A stretch of 64,000 nucleotides of DNA from Octopus vulgaris (taxonomy: Eukaryota), in NCBI GenBank assembly GCA_951406725.2, contig OX597830.1, positions 38,750,001 through 38,814,000 on the forward strand, read 5' to 3'. Made by a program: the position numbers and the translations under genes. Positions within the stretch are counted from its first letter, which is position 1, and every line of letters starts with the position of its first letter. The notes under the pieces are model-generated. The model was not told the origin of the DNA. It worked only from the letters and a program-made list of their open reading frames with translations, and did not search any database. Positions 41,130 through 54,218 of this stretch are shown here, one piece after another.

Positions 41130-43747
41130 TATGTGTGTGTGCTAGCTCTTGAATACTCCGGTAATGTCAGTGCAACTGGCAGGGGCCTTCTCCGAATATC
41201 CCGATTGGTCGCTTAGCACCACCTGGGCCAACTCACATCTCGTTGTCTTTCCTAATCTCTCATGTTGGCACCAGGTATTTCTTTCTTTAATTGAAGTACA
41301 TCTCCACTAAACCGTATCCGACGTTTAGTTTCAGAAACCGTTCATGCCAGCTCGCTGCATCACCTCTTTGTTTCTCGTTCACCTCCCGGTACGTTCCTAA
41401 ATCGATCAACAGCACTCGTATCTTTCGAAGTTTCACTTTGATGAAAAGATTTTTGTGTGTTTTACTGCACCTTCGAAATAACCATGTCCTACGTGAATAT
41501 GAACAGTGTAATAATTTTGAATGACAACAATCAATGTTTGCATTTATTATATTTGTTTCAAACTTCAATATTTTTCCATTTCTTTTTGCTTTGTACTGTG
41601 AGAATATCTTCCATCATTAATCAATTAATTAAGTAGCTGATAGATATCGGATTCTGATTAAAGTCGCATGATTGCTTCAGGATATTATTCTCTTTCATGA
41701 GAAAAATTGGCTTTAACTCTGCTGTTATATACTAGAAAGCTTAAACTGTGACATCAATATAATGTTACATACGTAAGACTAAAAATACACTACATCCAAT
41801 CGAAGACAGAGTAATAATAAAGACAATTTGTCCTCAGGGGTTCCGTTACAAGACCAACTAAATGAAGCACACGAGTTTTGTGCTTGTTTACTCTGATAAC
41901 TTCAATTCCGCTTGCGGGAAAATATACCTTCAATATTTTATAAAGAGCATTTTCTCTAACTGTAATCTCATTCAACAATAAGGTGACTAAACGGGAAGAA
42001 TTGTGGAATGAATGTGATATTTGTGAAAGGAGACAACAACGTATGTTACAATGTGCAAGGCGATGTTAATGATTTTCTGACGGTCTTCCCCATTATTCTG
42101 GTTTATGCAGGCGAAGAAATTCAAATATAATAGTATCTATTGAAGAGTCAACGCCGTGGAAGAGACTTAGCACGAATCACTAATACTTCAGCTTGAAAGT
42201 CAAAATCCTATTGTTTGCATCAGCTTTGCTTTGTCATGTGATGATAGAAACAATACAGGAAAACAATGTAAAAGTAATTGCAAATTACAATAACATAACA
42301 AATGGTCGCTATTGTTATATTAAGTTCACACGTATTACTAAAGTACAAATCTCTCTTTACTCTTAAGTAGAATCTAAAGAAGAATTAAAATACAATAGTT
42401 CACACGTTAATAACATCGATAAAAATGGGGCATCATTACACGCTATTTGTTGCGTATTGTTTCAGATATTTTTATTTAACAACAAAGAATTTTCAACTTT
42501 AAAGTGGTAAATAGCTTAAAGTTCAATTAAATATACTAACACTATTACAACTAAAAAAAAAATGTATAGTACGCGACGCGTGAGGCTAATATGATTTGGA
42601 ATTTTTTAAAATACGATTTGAACTTTTCGCCGACGTTGTTATAAACATAAAACTCACCAACCTGGCTACTTTCCATTGAAATGGGTTTTTTTTGTTTCTT
42701 TTAACGTTGTGAGAGAATGTGAACCAAGTTCAAGAAGTGAACGAAGTGAAATTCATTAATATATAGTTTATTAGTACGTATTAGCAGCTTAGTCACTAAA
42801 AACAATTTGTCTTTTACGAGAAGTAAAAATAATTATAGGGAGGAGCGTACTAAGCATCAGAGCAAATCTTAATTGGATTCGTGCTGCATTTAAGAGTGAT
42901 ATATATTTCACTGGGGTGTTTAGTTGCTAGTTCTATCTTTGTGTGGCTATGTCATTCTTCGCTGTAGAGGTATTTACGTGGAATGCTGGATTCACACCAA
43001 GCAAAAGCTATTATCGTTTGATAATAGTTGCTGCTCAACTCTAGATGAAAATTTATATGATTTGTTTGCAAATCATCAACAAATAAATAACATAAAATAA
43101 GGTGACCTATGCGTAATGATTTTAAATATATGTGTTATATGGCGAGTTGGTTTCGTTTTCTAGATTCCGGATACGGATATAGAATAATTTGAGTTGATTG
43201 GAACAGTGAATAATGACGATTTCGTACTACATCGTAGTGTACTTTCATGTATAACGTGATAAAATATATGTACATCTTGTGAGTGCTTTAGATGGTCAAT
43301 GCGGTGTGAAGAATAGCAGAAATAAATTTATCCCAGCATTGGAATACCGATAGAAAGTGTTGGATGGCAGTTATTTAAGTTTTAGACTCGAAGTGAATAA
43401 GGATGCATATTTTATAACTTTACTCGGCACATGATATATTGCAGAATACATTTGTTTTAATATAGCAGTTTCATAAGGAACAATATAAATAATTTCCAAA
43501 CAGGCAAACAAGAAAACGTTATTTTAATATTTGGCAGGGGAAAAGAAAAGTGTATTATCGTAGAAAAATTAATTCAGAAAGATACATTTCAGGACATTAA
43601 AATTGCTGCCGATCGAATAGAATGTTAACAATGCATTTCGAAACCTGGCTAAATATACGACTCGTTCCTTCACTTCCCAACTCAGTATTCGTGTCTACCC
43701 TAGGCACAAGGTGCGATATTTTGAGGCAGGGAGCCAGTTGATTAGAC

Positions 43748-43930
43748 TGAGCTGACAGAAACGTTAGCATGCCGGGCGAAATGCGTAGCCGTATTTCGTC
43801 TGCCGTGACGTTCTGAGTTCAAATTCCGCCGAGGTCGACTTTGCCTTTCATCCTTTCGGGGTCGATAAATTAAGTACCAGTTACGCACTGGGGTCGATGT
43901 AATCGACTTAATCCGTTTGTTCTCTCTGTG
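43748..43930 (+). mobile_element. SINE family A, young copy
   Basis: Close match to 53806 and 3296. Confidence 0.9.
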
Positions 43931-43946
43931 ATGGTAGTAGAATTTC

Positions 43947-44012
<66 letters not shown>

Positions 44013-45220
44013 TTATTTTATCGACCCTGTAAGCATGATACGGAAATATTTGAAGAATTTGAACTGCGAATGTAATCAGTCTGAAAGAATACTGCAACGC
44101 AGTTTCTCCCGACACTCAAAATTTTCTGCCTGCTCTCCGAGGTATTTAGGCTGGTCTGTCCTTAACCTGACATTTATTTCCTATGCGAATAACAAATAGG
44201 CATTTCTGATTTGAGTAGCAATTGGGAATTTGCTTATCATGGATGTTTTTTCTCATCGAACGTTTCTAATCTTGGCAACTTCTGCATTTACTCTCTGCTT
44301 AATTATTCGATTTTGTGCCAATTCCTTTTATTGCTTACATGATATATTTCGTCTCGTCTGTCTCTTCTTTTAATGTTGCCTTCGCTTCTAAGGGCCCAGC
44401 TTACTAATAATTCTAGTTTATAAAACTCATGAATACATTCAAAATTACTCTTTTCTTTGTATACCTTTCTCGCTATCTTTCCGGAAAGATAGCGAGAAAG
44501 ATATACAGAGACGGAAATAATGTTGAATGTATTAATTTTTTTTTGTTTTCGCTAGCATAAACACCAATAGTTGGTGTCTGTTTATTATTCGAAATCAAAC
44601 ATTCATCAAAATTTCGGACGTTTTCTCTTTTTTGTTTCTTGGCAAGTGAGTTATGCGGTTTTCAGTTTTCTTTTTCTGTTTGTTTCTTTCGGCCAATTGC
44701 TTTCAAGTCTGCTACCGCTTATATATTTGACTACAAGTTTGTATGTCTACTGAAATAAATGACAGCGGGGAAATGTTGTACGAGTACCTAAGGGATTAAT
44801 TTCTCCGTTTCCATTAAACAGAAGTGAAAATTGTGTCAACTCGATTTGATATTTATCTATCTATTTAGCCGTTATAATGATGATAAAATCACAAATATCT
44901 TCAAATATATTTTTAAAGAGGAAAAAATAAGAAACAAAGATGGAAAACAGAATGATAAGTTAGCTCACAGCAAGGTTTTCACATCGGCTACATAGTGAAT
45001 GAAAGAGGGGAGGAGAGAGATAGGGAAACAGAAAGAGAGACAGGGAGACAGAGAGACCGACAGAGAGGACTACATAGAGAAGGAGAGAGAAAAACAGGGA
45101 AAAAGTATATTGAATGCATGCAATTATTTAATCGTTTCTTTTTCTGGTTGGTCGCACTGTACAATCGCTGTTATCACTCAATCGTCACATAATTTCAAAC
45201 GTTCGTTGAAATATAGATAA

Positions 45221-45260
<40 letters not shown>

Positions 45261-45262
<2 letters not shown>

Positions 45263-45548
45263 ACCGTGATCACCGTGACCGACCAGGCTATCATATGTTG
45301 TTACATATCGCTGGTCACAATGCGCTTCGCATTGTCTTAGCCTTCAAATGACGCTACCCCGCTGGCTAAGCGAGCAGGCTAACAGAAGAAAGAGTGAGAG
45401 AAAGATGTGGCGAAAGAGTACAGTAAGTCTCGCCACCATCCCCTGCCGGAACCTCGTGGAGCTTTAGGTGTTTTGGTTCAATAAACAATCACAACGCCCG
45501 GTCCTACGACTGCGAGTCCGCTGCCCTAACCACTGGGCCATTGCGCCT

Positions 45549-45551
<3 letters not shown>
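45261..45551 (-). mobile_element. SINE family B in (TA)n, B-box region deleted
   Basis: TGGAGGCGCAATGGCCCAGTGGTTAGGGCAGCGGACTCGCAG head on the minus strand; (TA)n on both sides. Confidence 0.9.
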
Positions 45552-45590
<39 letters not shown>

Positions 45591-45592
<2 letters not shown>

Positions 45593-46237
45593 TTTGATAC
45601 TTTGATACTTTGATAGGTTTCGGCCATTATTGGCCCAGGCCATGTCTAACTTAATAGCACCACCTGGTGAAGTCTTTCAAGTCAGAATTTGGGCACTATG
45701 GCCCACTCAAGTAGAGAGTTATTGTTTACAGAGACATATCCGGGTGTAGGGGGTTTATCCGGGATTTCTTGAAGGAATCTGTCCAAAGACTTCTTGAACC
45801 CTATAGGGTCAGTTTCTGTTTTAATGTGTTTTGGTGTAATGTTAAAGAGAGCGGGGCCAATTGAGGTGAAATAATTGTGCCGTATTGTTGTTATGAGATG
45901 AGAGTGCGATTTTTGTTTTGGGCGGATGGCACGGGGCCCAAGCCTTGGATTGTACCTTAAAGCTGATGCCAACATCATTTGGGCAATGCTGATGGAATAT
46001 TTTCCACATCATGCAGATGATGTAGCGCTCACGACGACGTTGGAGAGAATAGAGTTTTAGCTTTTCTAGTCGACCCCAATAGTCGAGGCCTGTCATGCCA
46101 TCTATCTTTTTTGTGATTGCCCTTTGAGGTGCTTCGACTTTTTTGATACCTTGTATTGTGTGGGGAGACCACAGTGGACAACAGTATTCAAGGTGGGGTC
46201 GGGCAAAAGTGGAGCAAAAATAGCAAAAAGTCGGGCA
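45591..46237 (-). mobile_element. CR1-group LINE 3' end with (ATCAAAGT)n tail
   Basis: HLEYCCPLWSP, MTGLDYWGRLEKLKLYSLQRRRERYII, FKKSLDRFL motifs; 8-nt tandem tail; (TA)n flanks. Confidence 0.88.
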
Positions 46238-46268
<31 letters not shown>

Positions 46269-46407
46269 TTCTCTCTCTCTCTCTTTGTTTCCTTTGCCCC
46301 CTTTGTTTTCTCTTTTGAAGGCTTCGAATGTCCCGTCCGTGTTTTTGTATCGTCTTCTAAATGTTTTACCTTCTTGTCCCAGTTTGTATTTTTCTACATA
46401 TAATATA

Positions 46408-47225
46408 TATAACGGCGTCCGTACCCTAGTTGGCCTTATGTAAGTACATATTCCTGTAAATTTGTTACGACTCTACACACTGTCTCTCTCTCCTACATTT
46501 CTCTGCCTTTCACACTTTGCACTCTACTTTGATCTGTCCCCTTCTCTCTCTCTACTTCTCCTCCTTTTCTCTTTTCTTGCCTCTGATTCTTTGGTCTACT
46601 CTTCCCCCACTCTCTCACATTTCTCTGTCTTTCTCACTTTGCACTGACAAGCCAATCCTTGGCACGCACTCTTTCTCCCCTCTTTAATTCCAACTTTCTC
46701 TCTCTTCTCCCCCTTTGTTACCTTCGTCCTTCTTTCTCTCTCTCTCTCTTTGTTTCCTTTGCCCCCTTTCTTTTCTCTCTCTTCCCTCACGTGACCCATG
46801 GTGAAAATCAGCCTTTGGCCTCCGACCACTGCCGTGAGAACATCGTTTCCTTCGTCTGCCGATAAAGGCATTTTTCAAAATACGCCAGCTAAACTTGTTG
46901 TACTGCTTATTAGTCGTAAGACACCCGCTGTTTTGTCCTGTTTTTACCATTATTGTTTTTTGTATTTTATATTCGTGTGGCATCGTCCGTTTTTTCTGTC
47001 CCTGTTTCGTATATATTCGATCCTTCTTCCAAGAAATCTAATGCTCGTAGCTTAGTTTTTTCCTTGGGGCTGGCCGGACCAGAGCGATCTCAAGATTAAT
47101 CAGCCGAAATTGCTAGGATGATCCGGTTCTTGACTGAAGATTGAAGGCTTCGAATGTCACGTCCGTGTTTTTTGTATCGTCTTCTAAATGTTTTATGTTC
47201 TTGTCCCAGTTTGTATTTTTCTACA
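46408..47225 (+). mobile_element. Probable solo LTR, preceded by an internally deleted copy (46271-46397)
   Basis: TATAACGG...CTACA ends (TG..CA-like) in (TA)n; 46317-46410 repeats 47144-47235 and 46271-46300 repeats about 46737-46766; non-coding. Confidence 0.5.
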
Positions 47226-47972
47226 TATAATATATATATATATATACATATATATATAAATTTTACTACCATCACATGTATTCAAGTCCCGCTGAATTAT
47301 TTTAAGATTAGAAATACTTTACAAACACCTATCTTCGAATTTTTTAATCGTGTTTGATAGTTTGTTTCTTTGTCTCTTTTTTGTAAAGGAGAGTACATTC
47401 CTAGTCTGTTACATATCTATATATTTCATTATGGTAATCAAGCAATAACACACTCACACACACACACATGTACACACATACAGACAAATCTATACACATA
47501 CACCCACCGACGATCATGTAATTTCTGTGCCACAAATACATCCTATCTACGCAAACAACAACATGCAAGTAGCCAGCAACGCCGTACACGAAAACTACCA
47601 CAAACGTGCTGGTATTGCAGCTCAACCATTCTAGGGAAATATCAACAAACGAGTCACTAATATCTAATTAACGGTCGATAAAACTGTTACCAAGGTATTT
47701 AACATTCTCATTTTTAAAGAAGAAATGTTGACAAAATTGATTAACACTTGTGCAATAAGTGGCTTTCTGCTCCATCGCCAATTATCTCCAAATTGTCAGA
47801 TATCGTCGTTTTTCTGGTTCCAACGTCACGCACCAACAATAATATAAAAAACAGAGACAATCATTCTATATCCATAAATGCACAGACACCTTAAATATAA
47901 TTGCTCTCCATGATTATTTCTTATTTTTCTAACCAAACCACTGTTTTAAAACAAAGAAATAACAACGAAAAC

Positions 47973-48030
<58 letters not shown>

Positions 48031-48039
48031 TAATAATAA

Positions 48040-48290
48040 GATCAGTAAATATAAAGATTTGCTAATAGAAATTGAAAAAAATGTGGCATCTCAAGGCGAT
48101 TAGAGTACCAGTGATTGTAGGATCTCTAGGAATGATAAAAAAATGGTACTGAAACCTATTTGCAAATGATACCAGGCTTACCATCCCTACAGGAAGTGCA
48201 AAAATCCGTATTAACTGGAACGGCTCATGTACTGAGAAGAGCATTATCACTGTTGAAAACAACATCCATTCATGAATTTATTTATTTATC
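48040..48290 (+). mobile_element. R4/Dong-like LINE 3' end (restriction-like endonuclease C-terminus) after (AAT)n
   Basis: KYKDLLIEIEKMWHLKAIRVPVIVGSLG...EVQKSVLTGTAHVLRRAL. Confidence 0.85.
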
Positions 48291-48479
48291 AATTTTTAAA
48301 TACATATTTTACCTCTGAATTTGCGCGTGTAATCTGGGAATGCATACAATGAGCTTCTCTGCCCTAGGTGTACGGAAAACACTCGGCGAGAAACGGAAGA
48401 AAATTTGAAGAAAGAAGAAATAAAATGATAATGATAATAATAATGATAATAATAAGTTTTAGAACGGGTATTAGAAAGA

Positions 48480-49340
48480 ATGGAATGTGGACTCAAGATG
48501 TACTGAATAATCTACCTAAAAAGAGGTAAGCTACACTCCCTAGCAGGGATAGAATTACTGCATAATGACTTGATTAAACAAGTTGGGTCGGTTGGTTACA
48601 AATACCTTGTGCTAGAGTTCAACGAGATTATAGAGAAGGAAATGAAAGAGCAACTAAGGTTGGAAATTTTTCCGAAGACTAAGGTTGGTGATGCGCTCAA
48701 AATTGACTGGATGGAATAAAATCCAAGCAGTTAATACGTGGGCGATAGTGTCACTTCGTATGGAGTGGGAATTATGAAATGGCAAAAGAGAGAAGTGATG
48801 AAATGGATAGAAAGACTAGGAAAATGTTGACAGTATATGGAGCCTTCCATCCCAAGAGTGACACCGACAGGTTGTACTTGTTCAGCAGAAAGGTTGGGGG
48901 GGGGGTTGATCAGTTGCTAGGAATGTATCGAAGCAGAGGAAAGCAGCTTCGGGTAGTATATGAAAAGACTGTGGAACCACTATCAAAACCCATGAAGAAG
49001 AACGGCGTCATCAAAATTGTAAGCTGTTTAATGAAAGAAATATTTGAACAAGAAGTGAACAAGAAAAAATTGGAAAAGAATTGAAGGAAAAAATTACGAT
49101 CCGTCTGCAAGAGATGTGAAAACCAAGACGGATACAGAAGACCGGTCGCTATGGAAGAGGAGTGATCTGAAGATTGAGACAGAAGCACTCATGTGCGCAG
49201 CTCAGACACAAGTGTTAAGGACCAACTACGTGCAGGATAGTGCAGAATATACAACACTTCCAACAGCGAAAAATGCAGAATGTGTGGTGAGATGGGTAAA
49301 ACGGTATGGCACATCGTTAGTGAATGCACGCCGAATACTA
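48480..49340 (+). mobile_element. R4/Dong-like LINE fragment (RT C-terminus to CCHC knuckle)
   Basis: YKYL, NKIQAVNTWA, EMDRKTRKMLTVYGAFHPKSDTDRLYL, LKIETEALMCAAQTQVLRT, KCRMCG..TVWHIVSEC. Confidence 0.9.
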
Positions 49341-49439
49341 CGCTGAATACTATGCGGAACTTCCAGAACACAGTTGCATTAATAAACGCCCGAGCATCAT
49401 CAGTTGTCCAGTGTAGCCTTAATGACATCAACTGAAATC

Positions 49440-50535
49440 TGAGCGAACTCCAACTTATGGAGATAAAGACCGAGAAACTATTGAAATTATTAAACAGGAT
49501 GAATCACCCCAAATCAGGTGTCCATAAATTCTTTCTCCCATGAAATGTGGACGGTAGAGACCTAATCGTACTTGAAACGTTCTGCAAAATCATGATAGGA
49601 ATTCAAATGCACATCCAAAGTAACGCCGATTGGATGGTACACTTGGTAAGACAACCCAGAGTAACAAACTGGACTCAAGCTCGAATGAGACATATAAATA
49701 CAGAGGAGAGATTAACCTCTCTAATTATGGTGATGATAATAAGGATACATCACCCACTAAGCCTGCAAAAAATGCAAAACAAACGCCAGACAGGAAAGCT
49801 TCAAGAAAATTTCGAGATAAACCATTGCATAGGAAATACCCCAAAGGAACTGGAGAAGCTGATGTCCGTATGAGGTGGAACCATCAGTGGTTGCAGAGCA
49901 CTGGTTAGAAAGACGAAACAGATTAATCACAGTCTCTTCAGCCGGAACTATCGAGCTAATGTCTCGCACAGTAGGGTAGACGCAGAGTGTAGTCTCTCTG
50001 ATGACAAACTTGATAGTATTCACCAAATTGCTGCCGGTTGCTCAGTTCTTCCTCCAACAGAACATAAAACCACGCATCATGGCTTGGCCAATACTTGCAC
50101 TGGAGTATACACCGTCGCTACGATGCGCCACACACTTGGAACTGGTATGAATACTGTCCACCGCCAGTCACTAAGGGAGAGAATGCTTCGATCCTATAGA
50201 ATTATGGGATACAGACAGACAGGAAAATAAATTTTAACCGTCACGCATCGACACCAAAACATAAGACAAAAATCATGATTGTTAATTGATATGACGGCGT
50301 CTTCTGTCAGAAATATCTCAAATAAGAATTTGAAAACCTATCGAAATACAAAGAGCGAGTGAGATTGAGATTGCAAGGACGTGGCACGTAACAACAAAAG
50401 ATCAACCTTGTTGTTGTTGGTGGCGCCATGGTACCGAGGAATATTTTTACCAAATCCCATGGAAATTAACATTATGGGAAGTTCAAACAATCGTGTTGAC
50501 ATAAACCACGGACCTTCTCAAGAGGTTTTTCTCCA
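49440..50535 (+). mobile_element. Second, more decayed R4/Dong-like LINE 3' fragment
   Basis: NHPKS, KPLHRKYP, HQWLQSTG, WYEY.P, IQTDRKI, LSKYK..EIEIARTW motifs across frameshifts. Confidence 0.8.
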
Positions 50536-50663
50536 TTTAATAGGAGAGAAACTTAGGTCATTGTTTGAGATCCGGCCGGAAGATAACATATAATGGAAAT
50601 CAAACGAAAAATGAACAAAGTCATAATTAACAATATCAACAACAGTAACAAAATGACAATAAC

Positions 50664-50750
50664 AAGAAGAAAAAGAAGAAGAAGAAGAAGAAGAAGAAGA
50701 AGAAGAAGAAGAAGAAGAAGAAGAAGAAGAAGAAGAAGAAGAAGAAGAAG

Positions 50751-50780
<30 letters not shown>
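50664..50780. repeat. (AAG)n microsatellite
   Basis: Direct reading. Confidence 0.97.
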
Positions 50781-50783
<3 letters not shown>

Positions 50784-51118
50784 AGGTGGGGAACATCATA
50801 GCCATGTGTTGACAGGGATTCTTTGGGATTTGAATAATTCACCTCTTGAAACATAAGGGTTTCGTTCAACATCCTTAAAAAATCCTTATCCAGGGACCTT
50901 TTCAGCGGGATGGGCTACTCGCCAAGAAGAAAATTCTAACTGGGCCCCACCTGCAATGTCATGTGCTGTTTATCTTGATATGGGATCACCATGCCGCGCA
51001 CATATAGTTGTGATGCATGTGCCTAGTGTAACCTTATCAGACGGGTAGTCATGATGGGTATACTGGGCTTCGTATATTTTACCACAGTGTCACTTTGATC
51101 GCATGCACTGCTCTCTAT

Positions 51119-51185
<67 letters not shown>

Positions 51186-51582
51186 TATTTTAATCTCTGA
51201 GCGAGAGATATACAGTAACGGATAGAATGTGGCATTCATATAAACGACGATGTTACGATTGTTTGAGTCCCAGGAAAACATCTTTTCCAGCTAGTTATCG
51301 ACACACACTGTTTGTGCCCGTATAGCATTTGCAAGGGAGGACATCGCCCTCATTTGTAGCCTTACGTGTTACACACAGACCTGGTTTTCTGGGTTGTTAC
51401 CTGTCTTCTGTGTGAGACAACTTCAGGCTAATGATGAAAGCTCCCACCACTCGCAAATACTATATATTCTTTAAGCGACACACAGTGTGTCGATAGCCAG
51501 CTGGAAAAGATGCTTTCCTGGAGGTAAAACAACAATAACATCGTCCTTTATAGGACTGCCATATTCTGTTGGCATGTAAACT

Positions 51583-51583
51583 T

Positions 51584-51660
<77 letters not shown>

Positions 51661-51740
51661 GTATTAATAATAATAATAATAATAGTAGTAGTAATAATAA
51701 TAATAATAATATTAATAACAATAATAATAATAATAATAAC

Positions 51741-51795
<55 letters not shown>

Positions 51796-51816
51796 GTAAT
51801 AATAATAATAATAATA
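51583..51816. repeat. (CTA)n/(AAT)n microsatellite
   Basis: Direct reading. Confidence 0.97.
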
Positions 51817-51825
51817 AAAAAAAAA

Positions 51826-52033
51826 TTTTCAGACAAATACATAACAAAAACACTAGGACTTACAAACACATATAACATACAGAAAATTGCACTACTAGGC
51901 ACTGCACACATCCTACGCAGAACACTTTCCATACAATAACCATCAGAGCATCACAACAAATCACAGCACATACCCAAGGCACACAGAGCTGCGCTCGGTA
52001 GTGAAGTGAAAGCACGCTATAAAAATAAAACTA

Positions 52034-52037
<4 letters not shown>
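51826..52037 (+). mobile_element. R4/Dong-like LINE extreme 3' end embedded in (AAT)n
   Basis: YNIQKIALLGTAHILRRTLSI then a short 3' UTR with AATAAA; (AAT)n on both sides. Confidence 0.85.
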
Positions 52038-52102
<65 letters not shown>

Positions 52103-52372
52103 CTATTCCAAACATTTGTGCCTCTGGGTTAATTCATGAGTGAAAAATTGAATTTCACATTTTAAATTTATTATGGAAATTAGAAAGCTTTTTCCCAAAT
52201 TATATTTTACATAATCAAATTTTTTTAAAAGACGCAAAAGACATGGCCTGAAAGGAAGATTTAATTCTGACTACTTGTCTAAGTCTAAGAAACGTTTTAC
52301 AAAACAGAATGACATTATTGAATGTACGTTATTTACATTTGACGGATATTTTTCCTCATCTTGTTTGTTGTT

Positions 52373-52418
52373 AACACAACGTTTCAGCTGATAAACCCTC
52401 CAGCCTTCATCAGGTGTC
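52373..52418 (-). ncRNA. Minimal type I hammerhead
   Basis: GACAC-CUGAUGA-AGGCUG..CAGCU-GAAA-CG-UU-GUGUU; palindromic AACGUU in place of stem III. Confidence 0.8.
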
Positions 52419-52475
52419 TTGGGGAAATTTCGAACCTGGGTTCTCATTCCTAAGGTATTTTACGATGTTATTATA

Positions 52476-52541
52476 TCGTAATGGTTAAGGGCGCGGGCTA
52501 CAAACTCCAAGATTCCGAGTTCGACTCCAGGCAGTGACCTG
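52476..52541 (+). promoter_or_regulatory. tRNA-like head with Pol III A and B boxes (not an intact tRNA gene)
   Basis: TCGTAATGGTTAAGG A box and GAGTTCGACTC T-arm/B box; acceptor stem not recoverable. Confidence 0.75.
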
Positions 52542-52550
52542 AATAATATT

Positions 52551-52663
<113 letters not shown>

Positions 52664-52699
52664 ATTAGGATTGAGAACCCAGGTTCGAAATTTCCCCAA

Positions 52700-52745
52700 G
52701 ACACCTGATGAAGGTTCGAGGATATATCAGCCGAAACGTTGTGTT
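52700..52745 (+). ncRNA. Minimal type I hammerhead
   Basis: GACAC-CUGAUGA-AGGUU..AGCC-GAAA-CG-UU-GUGUU. Confidence 0.8.
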
Positions 52746-53805
52746 AACAACTAAGATGAGGAGAAATATACGTCAAATGGATATAATATAAATTAGGTAC
52801 ATAATTCCTCATTTCTTAAATATAGAACTGTATTATTGAATATATTCAATGTTTTTTCCTTTTCGTTTCTCTCAAAACATATCTCAGTAATGAAAAAACT
52901 CCCATACCATTTGTATATTTTGATTTTGTTCCAGTCGTAATTTTCTGTGTCTATCTACGACGTGAGCAATCTATAGATTTGTTTTGTCGCGGTCTTCTTA
53001 GAGATATCATCTTCGCGCATGCGTTATGATTTCTATCCCATTTATTTTTTTGTATCACATATTTTGAAATTAGGGTTTGGAAATCTATACATGTATGCTT
53101 CTGATTCTTTCATGAGTTTTTATTTTTCATGTAGGAAAATCGTGGCTAATCAATTGAACCTTCATATTTGTCGTAAAGATAAATATAACATGATTGGGCG
53201 ACAGAGAAAATGAGATCAATGCACTCATAGATAATTTTATAAATCAGAAAGATAATGAAGCACATTTAGAGAATTTACAACGAAATCACGTTCATCCCTT
53301 GAAATTCTATATTGATTACCTATCATTTCTCAGACTGAAATGCACTTGGAAAGTTGAAAACATTTTTCAAGTATGGCCTGTTTGCAGAATTACTTCGTGC
53401 GAGCGAGTTGTACACTCTTCTGCTGTCTATCACTTTCAAGATTGACAATTTTGAGAAAACTGCCATACACTTTTGAGTATTCACTGCACTAAATGTCTAC
53501 GGTAAAACATTTACGAGTATAGTTTATGACAGGTTAATATGTTTCCATTTGAGGAAATTTAGTATTACAACTAATCTTTTCATCCACTTCATATTTTTAT
53601 ATCTAATTATAGAAGTAAAATATAATGCAATTTACTGTACGTATTTCTAATTTAACTGATGTTACGTTTTCTTTTTTTAAAACTTTATGATGATAGACAT
53701 AAAGATTTAGAAAAAGTATAAATGTCCTGTCAAAGCAAAATTTTCGAGTGAGAAGAATACTGATAAAGCCAGAGATTTCTATTGAATATATTTAGTCACT
53801 CAGAA

Positions 53806-54218
53806 GGCGGCGAGCTGGCAGAAGCGTTAGCACGCCGGGCGAAATACGTAGCCGTATTTCGTCTGCCGTTACGTTCTGAGTTCAAATTCTGCCGAGGTGG
53901 ACTTCGCCTTTCATCCTTTCAGGGTCGATTAAATAAGTACCAGTTACGCACTGGGGTCGATATAATCGACTTAATCCGTTTGTCTGTCATTGTTTGTCCT
54001 CTCTGTGTTTAGCTCCTTGTGGGTAGTAAAGAAATAGATATTTCGTCTGTCGTTAGTTCTGAGTTCAAATTCCACCGAGGTCGACTTTGCCTTTCATCCT
54101 CTCGGGGTCGATAAATATTGTACCAGTTTTGCACTGGGTCGATGTAATCGACTTAATCACTTTATCTGTCCTTGTTTGTCCCCTCTATGTTTAGCTCCTT
54201 GAGGGTAGTAAAGAAATA
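53806..54218 (+). mobile_element. SINE family A, full copy plus tandem 5'-truncated copy
   Basis: Complete head-core-tail at 53806-54038; repeated from TATTTCGTCTG at 54039-54218. Confidence 0.92.

Noticed and set aside
47125-47170. CTGAAGA...GAATGTCACGTC as a hammerhead
   Set aside because: GAAA is replaced by GAAT, and stems I and II do not close correctly.
52476-52541. Possible tRNA gene
   Set aside because: No complete acceptor stem, imperfect anticodon stem, and followed by an (AAT)n tract; treated as a SINE-type head.
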